A DNA stretch of 64,000 nt from Gemmatimonadota bacterium (GTDB lineage Bacteria; Gemmatimonadota; Gemmatimonadetes; Gemmatimonadales; GWC2-71-9), in contig VGVQ01000011.1 in assembly GCA_016874005.1 (NCBI GenBank), forward strand, positions 48,415 through 112,414, given 5' to 3'. Of the stretch, positions 1-10,219 are shown one piece after another. The notes beneath the pieces were generated by a model. It was not told where the DNA came from. It worked only from the letters and a program-made list of their open reading frames with translations, and made no database searches. How positions within the stretch are numbered: position 1 is the stretch's first letter; every line of letters starts with the position of its first letter. The position numbers and the translations under genes were made by a program.

Positions 1-1506
1 GCCGAGTTGGTCGACCGCAACTTTCGGATGAGCTGGCTCTGGCTCTTCGACCTGGCGACCAAAAAGAGCGCCGAGCTGGTCAAGGGTGATTTCACGGTGA
101 GCGAGCCCCGGTTTTCGCCGGATGGCACCCGCCTCGCGTTCGTGAGCCGTCCGACGCCGAAGGCCGACGACGGTTCGCTGTCGGACATCCACGTGGTGAC
201 CATCGCGACCGGGGCCGTGCGGCGGCTGATCGACAACCGGGGCCCGGACAACTCGCCCCGGTGGTCGCCGGATGGGCGATGGATCGCCTATAGCAGCCGG
301 GGCGACTCGCTCCGGGCGTTCGGCCAGCAGCAGCTGATGATCGTCGCCGCGGAGGGCGGGGCTCCGCGGCCGGTCACCCGCAGCTTCCTCTACCAGCCTG
401 GCCCGGTGACCTGGTCGGCCGACGGGCACACCCTCTACTTCAGCGCCGGGGTCCGGACCACCATCCAATACTTCTCGGTGCCGGCGTCCGGCGGCGAGCC
501 CAAGCAGCTCTCGACGGGCGCGGGCGTCCTCGGGACGGTGTCCACCAGCGCCGATGGCCGGATGGCCGCTGCCACCTTCACCGACGTGCAGCACCCCAAC
601 GACGTCTTCGCGATCCGGAGCGTGGCGCCATGGCAGGTCGCCAAGCTCACCGACCATAACCCGGAATTGGCCGGGATCGCGCGGGGCCGGAGTGAAGTGA
701 TCAAGTGGAAGAGCAGGGATGGAATGGAGATCGAAGGTGTCGTCGTCTACCCGATCGGGTACCAGCCGAACGGCGGCCGGCGGTGGCCCACCATGGCCTT
801 CATTCACGGCGGCCCGGCCGGCGCCTGGCTCGAGGACTTCCCCGGGCGGTGGGGTCACTACGCCCACGTCTACGCCGGGCAGGGCTGGCTGTCGTTCTAC
901 CCCAACGTACGGGGTTCGAGCAACTACGGGGAACGGTTTCTCAGGGCGAACGTCCGGGATTGGGGCGGCGGCGATTATCAGGATATCCAGACCGGTCTCG
1001 ACCACTTGATCCGTCTCGGCGTCTCCGACTCGACCCGGCTGGGCCAGGCGGGTTGGAGCTACGGCGGCTACATGACCGCCTGGACCCTGACCCAAACCAA
1101 CCGGTTCAAGGGCGTGATGGTGGGGGCCGGCCTGACCAACATGTTCTCGATGTACTCCACCAACGATCTCCAGACCACGCTCGAGAACTATTTCGGCGCC
1201 GAGCCATGGGACGACGAGGCCGCCTACCGGCGGGCCTCCGCCATGACGTTCATCAAGCAGGCCAAGACCCCGACGTTGATCCTCCATGGGCAGCAGGACC
1301 TCCGAGTGCCCATTGGTCAGGCACAAGAGCTGTACATGGGCCTCAAGAAGAACGAGGTGCCCGTCACCCTGGTATTCTACCCCCGGGCCGGACATGGGCT
1401 CACCGAGCCGAGGCATCAGCTCGACAAGATGAAGCGGGAATACGCCTTCTTTTCCAAGACGGTGCTCGGTATCGAGGTCAAAGAGAAACCGGAGTTGACG
1501 CCATGA
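1..1506 (+). CDS. S9 family (prolyl oligopeptidase/acylaminoacyl peptidase-like) serine peptidase, 5'-truncated by the window edge
   Basis: Frame is open from base 1. PD40-like propeller repeats (PRFSPDG, PRWSPDG), IHGGP motif, nucleophile GWSYGG, Asp in QDLRVP, His in AGHGL. Confidence 0.92.
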   Translation, partial: AELVDRNFRMSWLWLFDLATKKSAELVKGDFTVSEPRFSPDGTRLAFVSRPTPKADDGSLSDIHVVTIATGAVRRLIDNRGPDNSPRWSPDGRWIAYSSRGDSLRAFGQQQLMIVAAEGGAPRPVTRSFLYQPGPVTWSADGHTLYFSAGVRTTIQYFSVPASGGEPKQLSTGAGVLGTVSTSADGRMAAATFTDVQHPNDVFAIRSVAPWQVAKLTDHNPELAGIARGRSEVIKWKSRDGMEIEGVVVYPIGYQPNGGRRWPTMAFIHGGPAGAWLEDFPGRWGHYAHVYAGQGWLSFYPNVRGSSNYGERFLRANVRDWGGGDYQDIQTGLDHLIRLGVSDSTRLGQAGWSYGGYMTAWTLTQTNRFKGVMVGAGLTNMFSMYSTNDLQTTLENYFGAEPWDDEAAYRRASAMTFIKQAKTPTLILHGQQDLRVPIGQAQELYMGLKKNEVPVTLVFYPRAGHGLTEPRHQLDKMKREYAFFSKTVLGIEVKEKPELTP

Positions 1507-3518
1507 ATCGGTCGATTGCGTTGGGCGGGGCGCTGGCCGCGATGCTGCTGCTGGCCGGGAGCGGGCTGGCGCGAGCCCAGGGTGGGATCAGCGCGGAGCA
1601 GGCGGCCGGGATGCGGGTGCTGAGCAACGTGGCGGTGTCGCCGGATGGGCGATGGGTCCTCTACACGGTGACGACCGCCGATCTCAAAGCCAGTACCACC
1701 AACTCGGACCTCTGGCTGGTGGCGGCCACGGGCGGGGATCCGATCCGCCTCACCAACGGGAAGACCGTCGACGACCAGGGTCAGTGGTCGCCGGACGGCA
1801 AGTGGATCGCGTTCGTCTCCACCCGAGACGGCAAGCCGCAACTCTACCGGATCTCTCCGTTCGGCGGCGAAGCGACCAAGCTCACCGACAGCAAGGCTGG
1901 GGTCCGTTCCTTCGCGTGGGCGCCGGATGGCCGGCAGATCGCCTTCGTGGCGGGTCGGGATCCGACCCCGGACGAAGAGCGGAGACAGCGAGAGAAGGAC
2001 GACGCCATCGTCGTCGACGAGGGGTTCATCCCCACCCGGCTGAACCTGCTCGACCTCGGCACGGAGAAGGCCGCGGAACTGGTCAAAGCCGACGCCCAGA
2101 TCGGGTCGATTGCCTGGTCGCCTAACGGTCGCGCGATCGCCTACGTGACCACCCCGACCCCCAAGGCCGACGACGCCCGATTCTCCGACGTTCAGGTCGT
2201 GGACGTCGCGTCGGGGACGAGCCGCAAGGTGCTCGAGAGCCCGGGCCCGGACAACAACCCGAGCTGGTCGCCCGATGGCGCCTGGATCGCGCTCAGCACC
2301 CGGGGGCCCAAGGCCGTCTCGATCAGTCAGAGCCGCCTGGTGGTGGTGCCCGCCGCCGGTGGCGAACCGCGCCGAATCGGCGGCGATTTCCTCTATGAGG
2401 CCGGACCGACGACCTGGGCGCCGGATGGCAAGTCGCTCTACTTCTGGTCAGCGGTGAGGACCCGGTCGGAGTTGTTCCAGGTCTCGCTGGCCGGCGGGAC
2501 GCCGAAGCAGGTGTCGGACCTCCAGGGCTCGCTGGGGCTATTCGGCGGGGGCGCCCCGTCGATCAGCAAAGACGGCATGACCGTGGCGTTCCAGCGTTCC
2601 ACCATCGAGGCCCCGGATGAAGTGTATCTGGCTCGCCTGGAGGCGCCCTGGCGTCACACGAAACTCACCTCGCTCCACCCCGAGATCGCCTCGGCCTCCG
2701 TCGGAAAGGGCGAGGTGGTCCGGTGGAAGGGCAAAGATGGGCTCGAGGTCGAGGGGATCGTCGTGTACCCGGTCGGGTACCAGCCGGGACGCCGATACCC
2801 GACCGTCGCGATCATCCACGGCGGACCTTCCGGAGTGTGGAACGAGTCGTTTCCGGCCAACTGGTACAACTCGGCCCAGGTCTACGCCGGACAAGGGTGG
2901 GTGGCGTTCCTCCCTAACCCACGAGGATCGAGCGGCTACGGCGAGAAGTTCCTCGCGGCCAACTACCGCGATTGGGGTAACGGCGACTACCACGACATCC
3001 AGACCGGGCTCGACCACTTGATTCGGCGCGGGATCGCCGATTCCACCAAGCTGGCGCAAGGTGGTTGGAGTTACGGCGGCTACATGACCGCCTGGACCTT
3101 GACCCAGACCAACCGCTTCAAGGCGGTGATGGTCGGCGCCGGTCTCACCAACATGTACTCGATGTACTCCACCAACGACCTCCAGATGGTGCTGGAGGAG
3201 TACTTCGGCGCGGAGCCGTGGGACGACGAGACCGCCTACCGCCGAGCCTCGGCGATGATGCACATCAAGCAGGCGAGGACCCCGACCCTGATCATCCATG
3301 GCAAAGAAGACACCCGGGTTCCGATCGGTCAGGCCCAGGAGCTGTACATGGGCCTCAAGAAGAACGAGGTGCCGGTGGAGCTGGTCTTCTACCCCCGTGA
3401 GCCGCACGGGCTCCAGGAGCCGCGCCACGCCGCCGACAAGATCCAACGGGAGTACGACTTCTTCGCCAAATACGTCCTGGGGCTGGCCCCGAAGGAGCGA
3501 CCGGAGCTGGTGCCGTGA
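1503..3518 (+). CDS. S9 family serine peptidase with signal peptide (tandem paralog of the previous gene)
   Basis: Real start is ATG 1503 (ATGA overlap with upstream stop), not 705. Signal peptide MNRSIALGGALAAMLLLAGSGLARA, WSPDG repeats, GWSYGG, EDTRVP, EPHGL. Confidence 0.92.
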   Translation: MNRSIALGGALAAMLLLAGSGLARAQGGISAEQAAGMRVLSNVAVSPDGRWVLYTVTTADLKASTTNSDLWLVAATGGDPIRLTNGKTVDDQGQWSPDGKWIAFVSTRDGKPQLYRISPFGGEATKLTDSKAGVRSFAWAPDGRQIAFVAGRDPTPDEERRQREKDDAIVVDEGFIPTRLNLLDLGTEKAAELVKADAQIGSIAWSPNGRAIAYVTTPTPKADDARFSDVQVVDVASGTSRKVLESPGPDNNPSWSPDGAWIALSTRGPKAVSISQSRLVVVPAAGGEPRRIGGDFLYEAGPTTWAPDGKSLYFWSAVRTRSELFQVSLAGGTPKQVSDLQGSLGLFGGGAPSISKDGMTVAFQRSTIEAPDEVYLARLEAPWRHTKLTSLHPEIASASVGKGEVVRWKGKDGLEVEGIVVYPVGYQPGRRYPTVAIIHGGPSGVWNESFPANWYNSAQVYAGQGWVAFLPNPRGSSGYGEKFLAANYRDWGNGDYHDIQTGLDHLIRRGIADSTKLAQGGWSYGGYMTAWTLTQTNRFKAVMVGAGLTNMYSMYSTNDLQMVLEEYFGAEPWDDETAYRRASAMMHIKQARTPTLIIHGKEDTRVPIGQAQELYMGLKKNEVPVELVFYPREPHGLQEPRHAADKIQREYDFFAKYVLGLAPKERPELVP

Positions 3519-5101
3519 ACCGCTGGCTGACGATCTTCGCGGCCCCGGTCTGCCTGGCCGCGGCGCTCGCGGCGCAAGAGCCCGTCGATCTGCTGATCGC
3601 GGGCGGCACCGTCTACGACGGATCCGGTGGGACACCGTTCATCGCTGACGTCGGCATTCGGGGCGATCGGATCGTGTTCCTCGGGGATGCCGGTTTGGCC
3701 GGGATTCGGGCGGCGCGCACTCTCGATGCCGCTCGGCGGGTCGTGGCGCCGGGGTTCATCGACCCCCACACCCACGTCGACGGCGATCTCAGGAATCCGG
3801 CGACGCGTGGGCTGGTGCCGTTCCTGTTGCAGGGTGTCACGACCGTGATCTCCGGCAACGACGGTGGCGGGCCAGTCGACGTCGGCGCCGCGCTTCGCCG
3901 CCTCGAGGGCGGCGCGGGGACGAACGTGGCGTTCCTGGTGGGCCACGGCTCGATCCGGCGGGTCGTGCTGGGCATGTCCGACCGAGCCCCGAGCCCGACG
4001 GAGCTCGCTCGGATGGGGGCGATGGTCGCCCAGGCGATGGCCGACGGCGCGATCGGCCTCTCGACCGGCCTCTACTACGCGCCGGGCAGTTACGCGACGA
4101 CGGAGGAAGTCATCGAGTTGGCCCGAGTCGCCGGCGCCGCGGGTGGCTACTACGATTCCCACATTCGCGACGAGTCGAGCTACACGATCGGTCTCCTCGG
4201 GGCGGTCGACGAAACGATCCGGATCGGTCGGGAGGCCGGCGTGCCGGTCCACTTCGCCCACCTCAAGGCGCTCGGCGTCGACGTGTGGGGTCAAAGCGAT
4301 GCCGTGGTGGCCCGAATCCTGGCGGCTCGCGCCGCCGGCCTCCGGGTCACCGCCGATCAGTATCCCTACACCGCGTCGGGCACCGGGCTCGGCGCCTCGC
4401 TGCTGCCCCGGTGGGCCGAGGCGGGCGGCCGCGACTCGCTCCTCCGCCGCCTCGCCGATCCGGCGATCGCCGCCAGGCTCGAGAAGGAGATGGCCGAGAA
4501 TCTCCGCCGCCGCGGGGGAGCGGGATCGTTGTTGATCACCGGGGAGCCGGCCGCTTCACCCGCGGCAAGGGCTCGGATGCCGGCGGGCGGGAAGTGGAAG
4601 GGCAAGCGGCTCGCCGCTCTGGCCAGTGAGTTGGGCCTCGAGCCGGTCAAGGCGGCGATCGCGATCATCCAAGCGGGCGACGCGGGGATCGCCTCGTTCA
4701 ACATGAGCGAGGCCGATCTCGAGCACCTGATGCGGCAGGACTTCGTGGTCACCGGCTCCGACGGTTCCGACGGCCACCCTCGGAAATACGGGACCTTCCC
4801 GAAGAAGATCGCCAGCTATGTTCGGGAGAAAGGGGTCATCTCGCTCGCCCGGATGATTCAGGCGTCGAGCGCCCAGACCGCCGATCTCGCCAAGCTGACC
4901 GATCGGGGCCGGGTCGAGGTCGGCCGCCTCGCCGACCTGATCGTCTTCGATTCCGCGACGGTGGCCGATCGCTCGACCTATGAGCAGCCGGAGCGCCTGG
5001 CGGTCGGGATGGAGACCGTCATCGTGAACGGCCGGGTCGTGGTGACTGGCGGCCGTCCGATCGGCGCGCTCGCCGGTCGGCCCCTTCGGCGTGGCCGCTG
5101 A
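3515..5101 (+). CDS. N-acyl-D-amino-acid deacylase family amidohydrolase, secreted
   Basis: PGFIDPHTH metal motif, GLSTGLYYAPG, SHIRDE, ADQYPY, GSDG..HPRKYGTFP; N-terminal signal peptide; GTGA overlap with the upstream stop. Confidence 0.88.
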   Translation: MNRWLTIFAAPVCLAAALAAQEPVDLLIAGGTVYDGSGGTPFIADVGIRGDRIVFLGDAGLAGIRAARTLDAARRVVAPGFIDPHTHVDGDLRNPATRGLVPFLLQGVTTVISGNDGGGPVDVGAALRRLEGGAGTNVAFLVGHGSIRRVVLGMSDRAPSPTELARMGAMVAQAMADGAIGLSTGLYYAPGSYATTEEVIELARVAGAAGGYYDSHIRDESSYTIGLLGAVDETIRIGREAGVPVHFAHLKALGVDVWGQSDAVVARILAARAAGLRVTADQYPYTASGTGLGASLLPRWAEAGGRDSLLRRLADPAIAARLEKEMAENLRRRGGAGSLLITGEPAASPAARARMPAGGKWKGKRLAALASELGLEPVKAAIAIIQAGDAGIASFNMSEADLEHLMRQDFVVTGSDGSDGHPRKYGTFPKKIASYVREKGVISLARMIQASSAQTADLAKLTDRGRVEVGRLADLIVFDSATVADRSTYEQPERLAVGMETVIVNGRVVVTGGRPIGALAGRPLRRGR

Positions 5102-5106
5102 CGGCC

Positions 5107-6744
5107 GTGGCGACGATCTACGACCAAGGTCTCGAGCGGCGTCCGGCGAACTACGCCCCGCTCACGCCGTTAGGTTTTCTCGACTGGGCCGCCCGGGTCT
5201 ATCCCCAACGCACCAGCCTGATCCACGGGGCCCGGCGGTTCACCTGGGCCGAAACCGCCCGCCGGGCTCGGGCCTTGGCATCCGCCCTCCGCCGCCGCGG
5301 GGTCCGTCCCGGCGACACCGTCGCCGCGGTGCTGACCAACACGCCCGAGATGTACGAGTGCCACTTCGGCGTTCCCCTTGCCGGCGGCGTCCTCAACGCC
5401 ATCAACGTCCGACTCGATCCCGCCACCATTGCCTTCATTCTCGACCACGGCGAGGCGAAGGTGCTGCTGGTCGATCGGGAGTTCAGCGAGGTGGTCGGGC
5501 AAGCGTTGGCCCTGACAACCCGGCCGATGCTGGTCGTGGATGTCGACGATCCCGAGTACGCCGGTCCCGGCTCGGGGCTCGGCGCGGTCGAGTACGCCGC
5601 CCTCCTGGCCGAGGGAGATCCGGCGGACCGGTTCGACCCCCCGGCCGACGAATGGGACGCCATCGCCCTCAACTACACCTCCGGCACCACCGGCAATCCC
5701 AAGGGTGTGGTCTACCATCACCGCGGTGCCTACCTCAACGCCCTCAACCAGGCGATGCTCTGGGGCCTCACCCGGCACACCGTGTATCTCTGGACCCTCC
5801 CGATGTTCCACTGCAATGGGTGGTGCTTCCCGTGGTCGATGGCAGCGGTCGCCGGCACCAATGTCTGCCTCCGCCGGGTCGAGGTCGGCGCGATCTTCGC
5901 CGCGATCGCCGCCCACAGCGTCACCAACTACTGCGGCGCGCCGATCGTTCACAACACCATGCTCGCCGCTCCCGAGGCGCTCTGGGCCACCGTCCCCGGC
6001 CCGCTCAAGGCGTTCGTCGCCGGCGCGGCGCCCCCGGCCGCGACCATCGAGTCCCTGGCTCGGCGAGGGGTCGACCTCACCCATGTCTATGGGCTCACCG
6101 AGGTCTACGGCCCGGCGACGGTCTGCGCTCCGCAGGACGAGTGGGCGGCCCTCCCGGCGGCCGAGCAGGCTGTTCTCAATGGCCGCCAGGGCGTGCGGTA
6201 CCTGGTCGAGGAAGGCTTCGAAGTGCTCGATCCCGACACGATGCAACCGGTGCCCTGGGACGGGACCACCATCGGCGAAGTCATGTTCCGCGGCAACATC
6301 ACCATGAAGGGCTACCTCAAGAACCAGCGGGCCACCGAGGAAGCCTTCGCGGGCGGCTGGTTCCACTCGGGCGACCTGGCGGTGGTGTTCCCCGATGGCT
6401 ACGTCAAGATCCGCGACCGGGGGAAAGACATCATCATCTCGGGCGGTGAGAACATTTCCTCGATCGAGGTCGAGGACGCCTTGCATCACCATCCGGCGGT
6501 CTTCGCTGCCGCCGTCGTGGCAAAGCCGGATCCCAAATGGGGCGAGACTCCCTGCGCCTTCGTGGAGCTCAAGCCCGGGGCGGCCGTTTCCGAGCAGGAG
6601 CTGATCGACCATTGCCGGGCCCGGCTGGCCCATTTCAAAGCCCCGAAATCCGTGATGTTCGGCCCGTTGCCGAAGACCTCGACCGGCAAGATCCAGAAGT
6701 TCGTCCTTCGCCAGCAGGTCCGTTCCGCCTCCGCCATCGAGTGA
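5107..6744 (+). CDS. Acyl-CoA synthetase (AMP-forming ligase)
   Basis: YTSGTTGNPKG AMP-binding loop, YGLTE, WFHSGD, RGKDIIISGGENI, PKTSTGKIQK. Confidence 0.92.
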   Translation: MATIYDQGLERRPANYAPLTPLGFLDWAARVYPQRTSLIHGARRFTWAETARRARALASALRRRGVRPGDTVAAVLTNTPEMYECHFGVPLAGGVLNAINVRLDPATIAFILDHGEAKVLLVDREFSEVVGQALALTTRPMLVVDVDDPEYAGPGSGLGAVEYAALLAEGDPADRFDPPADEWDAIALNYTSGTTGNPKGVVYHHRGAYLNALNQAMLWGLTRHTVYLWTLPMFHCNGWCFPWSMAAVAGTNVCLRRVEVGAIFAAIAAHSVTNYCGAPIVHNTMLAAPEALWATVPGPLKAFVAGAAPPAATIESLARRGVDLTHVYGLTEVYGPATVCAPQDEWAALPAAEQAVLNGRQGVRYLVEEGFEVLDPDTMQPVPWDGTTIGEVMFRGNITMKGYLKNQRATEEAFAGGWFHSGDLAVVFPDGYVKIRDRGKDIIISGGENISSIEVEDALHHHPAVFAAAVVAKPDPKWGETPCAFVELKPGAAVSEQELIDHCRARLAHFKAPKSVMFGPLPKTSTGKIQKFVLRQQVRSASAIE

Positions 6745-6747
6745 GCC

Positions 6748-7533
6748 ATGACCGACACGACTCCGTACCTCCTCCGGCATCAGGAAGGCCCGGTGCTCGT
6801 CCTTACCATGAATCGGGGAGACCGGTTCAACCCGCTTTCGCGTGGGATGATCGACGCCCTTCAGGTCGAGCTGGATCGGATCGCGGAAGACTGCTCGGTT
6901 CGGGTGGTAGTGCTCGCCGCGAGCGGCCGCGGCTTTTCGGCCGGCCACGATCTCAAGGAGATGCGGGCCCACGTGGGCGACGATGCCTGGCAGCGAGGCT
7001 TGTTCGAGGCCTGCAGCCGGATGATGGTGCGGTTGACCGAGCTGCCCCAGCCCGTCATCGCTCGGGTCCACGGGATCGCCACCGCGGCCGGCTGCCAGCT
7101 GGTGTCGATGTGTGACCTCGCGGTCGCCGCCGACAGCGCGACGTTCGCGCTCCCCGGGGTCAGCATCGGGGTCTTCTGTTCCACGCCGGCTGTTGGGGTG
7201 GGGCGCAACGTCGGCCGAAAGCACGCCATGGAGATGCTGCTCACCGGGCAACCCATTTCGGCGGCGACGGCCTTGGAGTGGGGATTGGTGAATCGGGTGG
7301 TTCCCGCCGCCGACCTCGACCGCGCGATCGAGGAATTCACCCGCGCGATCTCCTCGAAGAGCGCCGCGACCATCGCCCTCGGCAAGCGGGTCTTCTATCG
7401 GCAGATCGAGCGGGGGCTCGAGCCGGCCTACGCCGCCGCGGGCGACGCCATGGCCTGCAACCTCGAGCTGCCCGACGCAGCCGAGGGCATCGACGCGTTC
7501 CTGGGGAAACGGGCCCCGGTGTGGCCCTCGTGA
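6748..7533 (+). CDS. Enoyl-CoA hydratase/isomerase (crotonase) family protein
   Basis: FSAGHDLKE, PVIARVHGIATAAGCQLVSMCDLAVA, EGIDAFLGKRAP. Confidence 0.9.
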   Translation: MTDTTPYLLRHQEGPVLVLTMNRGDRFNPLSRGMIDALQVELDRIAEDCSVRVVVLAASGRGFSAGHDLKEMRAHVGDDAWQRGLFEACSRMMVRLTELPQPVIARVHGIATAAGCQLVSMCDLAVAADSATFALPGVSIGVFCSTPAVGVGRNVGRKHAMEMLLTGQPISAATALEWGLVNRVVPAADLDRAIEEFTRAISSKSAATIALGKRVFYRQIERGLEPAYAAAGDAMACNLELPDAAEGIDAFLGKRAPVWPS

Positions 7534-7720
7534 CGTCGAAGTAACCGAATCGCCGCATTGTGCCAGGCCGGGCCGTTCGGCCCAGGCCCGAAACGGCAAG
7601 ATGTTGCCACCGATCGCATTGTAGCGGGTCGATCGCCGGGCGAAGGTTGGTGTGAAGCATCAACCGCGCCAGGGACGAGCACGCGTGATTCGATCGATCT
7701 TCGCTGGTGGATCCAGCCGA

Positions 7721-7984
7721 GTGGTCCGGTACCGTCAGGCACCGGCCGTTCTCAGCGTCGACCATGGACAAAAGACGGTGCTGCTCGATCCGAATTCCGA
7801 GCAGTTCTATGCGCTCGACGGCGCCGCCCAACGGATCTGGTCGCTGCTGGAGGCGCCCCGGGCGGCGGAGGAGATCGTCGCCTCGTTGCGGGAGGCGTAC
7901 CCGGTGTCCGCCGATGAACTTGCCGGCGATGTCACCGCATTCCTCGACGAAATGACCCAGCTGCGGCTGGTCGAGGCCAAATGA
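7721..7984 (+). CDS. PqqD-family RiPP recognition element (lasso B1/E protein)
   Basis: TVLLDPNSEQFYALDGAAQRIWSLL...EEIVASLREAY.V..DEL..DV..FL..M is the PqqD/RRE pattern. Start uncertain (GTG 7685 or 7721). Stop overlaps the B2 start (ATGA). Confidence 0.88.
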   Translation: MVRYRQAPAVLSVDHGQKTVLLDPNSEQFYALDGAAQRIWSLLEAPRAAEEIVASLREAYPVSADELAGDVTAFLDEMTQLRLVEAK

Positions 7985-8364
7985 GGCCCGCCTCGCCGCT
8001 GTGGTGCCTCATGGTCCTCGCCGCGGTGCGGACCTCGCTCAAGGCGGCGGGGTTCCGGCGGACGATCCGGTGGGCGCAACGACTTGCTCCGGCGCCGCAT
8101 CCCGAGGCCCGCCGAGAGTTGGTCGAGGCCCAGGCGCGCGCCGTGGCCGTGGCGGCCGCCTTCTTCCCCGGGCGAGCCATCTGCCTGGAGCAGTCGATCG
8201 CGCTCTACCTCGTGCTCCGTCGCCGGCGGGTCCCCGCCGTTCTTCGGATCGGCGTCCAGCCCTATCCGTTCGCCGCCCATGCGTGGGTCGAACTGGACGG
8301 CCAGCCGATCTACGAGAACGAAGACGATCTCGCCAAGTTCGTGGCCTTCCCCGGTCTCGCCTGA
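7981..8364 (+). CDS. Lasso peptide leader peptidase B2 (transglutaminase-like Cys protease)
   Basis: Catalytic Cys in AICLEQSIAL, LRIGV strand, and His in FAAHAWVELDG; flanked by RRE and cyclase. Confidence 0.9.
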   Translation: MRPASPLWCLMVLAAVRTSLKAAGFRRTIRWAQRLAPAPHPEARRELVEAQARAVAVAAAFFPGRAICLEQSIALYLVLRRRRVPAVLRIGVQPYPFAAHAWVELDGQPIYENEDDLAKFVAFPGLA

Positions 8365-10217
8365 TGAACCCGTTCCTGGTGGTCGTCGATCTCGACGGCG
8401 GATCGCTCGGACTCGACGCCCTGCAGCCCGGCCTCCCGGCGCTGTCGCAGAGCGACGGGCGAGTAGAGGTCCTCTGGAACGAATCCTGGGCCGCGGGGTG
8501 GGTGCCTTCGGCGACCTTCGAACGGCCGGGGTTCGTCTCCCAGCATGGGATCTTCGCGGTGGGCAACGTTCGGCTCTCGGGGCGACCGAAGGACGGAGCG
8601 CACCCCACGGCCGACCTGGTGCACCTGATCAACGAGTACCGCCGAGTCGGGCCGATGGCCGTCCGCGAGCTGATCGGCGACTTCAGCTTCGTGCTCTGGG
8701 ATAGTCACAACCGCCAGGTTCTGGCCGGTCGCGACGCGCTCGGGGTAAAGACCCTGTTCTGGCAACAGCGGGGACGCCGCCTGTATCTCTCCTCCCACCT
8801 CGACTGCCTCGAAGGCGCGGCCTACGATGGGGAGTTCATCGGGCACTTCCTGGTGGGCCTCCCCCACGCCACCGACCGCACCATCTACGCCGATGTTCAC
8901 CGGTTGCCGGCTGGCGCCATCCTCACTTGGAGCAAGAACCGGCTCGAGACCAGGAGGTTTTGGAGCCCCTCGGAGTTCATCGGCGTCGACCGGCGGATCG
9001 GGCTCCCCGACGCCGCGGCCGAGTTCCGGCGGTTGTTCGAGGAGGCCGTCGTGGCCCAGCTCGACGACCGGGTCCCGGCCTGGTCGCAGCTGTCGGGCGG
9101 CCTCGACTCGTCCGGGGTAGTCGGGGTCGCGTCGCGACTGGCCGATCGGGGGCAGGTGGCGCGGTTAGGCGGGACGGTGTCGGTGGTCGACTCACTCGGC
9201 GGTGGAGACGAGACCAAGTACTCCGACGCCGTCCTGGCCCGATACCCGTTGCCCAATGCCCAGCTGCTCGACTTCGGCGCCTGGCAGGCCGACGAGCAAG
9301 GACCGCCCCGCCAAGGCGAGCCGCGGATCTTCCTGCCGTTCTTCGCCCGGAGCCGGGCGATGAACGAGGCCGTCTTCGGCGGCGGGGGCCGAGTCCTCCT
9401 GAGCGGGTTCGGGTCGGACAATTACCTGGCCGGCCCCCACGGCTACCTGGCCGATTGGGTCCGCCAAGGCCGGCTCCTGGCCGCCGCCAAGCAGATCACC
9501 GACGTTGCGGTGGCGAGTCGGCGGTCGTTCTACCGAGTCGGCTTCGACAACGTGGTCCTCCCGCTCGTCCCGGCGTTTCTCAAGCGGCGGTGGCACGACG
9601 CCGCCGGCCAGCTGCCCCCGTGGATCGACGGCGGCTTTGCCCGCCGTCATGGCTTGATCGATCGCGCGGCTGGGATCGGCTTTCCGTCCGCTGGGTTGGG
9701 CGTGTTCGGCGATGCCCAGATGGTTGAGCTGGGGACGCTCGACCTGGCGCTCGAGCGCGGCATCTCGGAGGAAGGAATCGAGATGCGCTACCCGTTCCTC
9801 CATCGGCCGCTGGTCGAGTTCTGCTTGACCCTGCCGGCCACGCTCAAGATCGGGGCCGCTCGCAAGAAGCTGGTCATGCGTGAGGCCTTGTCGGATGTGC
9901 TCCCGCCGCTGGTCCGAGACCGCCCGGGGAAGGGGGGCATCGACGGGCGGATCGCCTGGTCACTGAGCCACGAGCGCGAGCTGCTGGGCCGATTGGTGGC
10001 GCAGAGCCGCCTGGCGGATCTGGGCTGCGTCGACGCCGGCCGGCTGGCAGCTGACCTCGCCCAGGCCCAAGCGGGCAACATCTGGTCGATCGGACCGCTC
10101 TTCGCCACCCTGGCGCTCGAAACCTGGCTGGCCGTTCGGGCCGGCCAGTATTCCGAATCTGTACCCGCAGGAGCCGCGGCAGGGGCCGCGGCCGAATCAC
10201 ACCAACCAAGGAGTTGA
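8364..10217 (+). CDS. Lasso peptide cyclase (asparagine-synthetase-like macrolactam synthetase, C protein)
   Basis: Start ATG 8364 overlaps the B2 stop. GDFSFVLWD, GRDALGVKTLF, ATP loop LSGGLDSS, SGFGSD, RYPFLHRPLVEF. No N-terminal Cys nucleophile of true AsnB. Confidence 0.88.
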   Translation: MNPFLVVVDLDGGSLGLDALQPGLPALSQSDGRVEVLWNESWAAGWVPSATFERPGFVSQHGIFAVGNVRLSGRPKDGAHPTADLVHLINEYRRVGPMAVRELIGDFSFVLWDSHNRQVLAGRDALGVKTLFWQQRGRRLYLSSHLDCLEGAAYDGEFIGHFLVGLPHATDRTIYADVHRLPAGAILTWSKNRLETRRFWSPSEFIGVDRRIGLPDAAAEFRRLFEEAVVAQLDDRVPAWSQLSGGLDSSGVVGVASRLADRGQVARLGGTVSVVDSLGGGDETKYSDAVLARYPLPNAQLLDFGAWQADEQGPPRQGEPRIFLPFFARSRAMNEAVFGGGGRVLLSGFGSDNYLAGPHGYLADWVRQGRLLAAAKQITDVAVASRRSFYRVGFDNVVLPLVPAFLKRRWHDAAGQLPPWIDGGFARRHGLIDRAAGIGFPSAGLGVFGDAQMVELGTLDLALERGISEEGIEMRYPFLHRPLVEFCLTLPATLKIGAARKKLVMREALSDVLPPLVRDRPGKGGIDGRIAWSLSHERELLGRLVAQSRLADLGCVDAGRLAADLAQAQAGNIWSIGPLFATLALETWLAVRAGQYSESVPAGAAAGAAAESHQPRS

Positions 10218-10219
10218 TC

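Noticed and set aside
7721-10217. PQQ biosynthesis (PqqD) or housekeeping asparagine synthetase AsnB
   Set aside because: No pqqB/C/E; no N-terminal Cys nucleophile; the B2 protease and a consensus precursor identify a lasso system.
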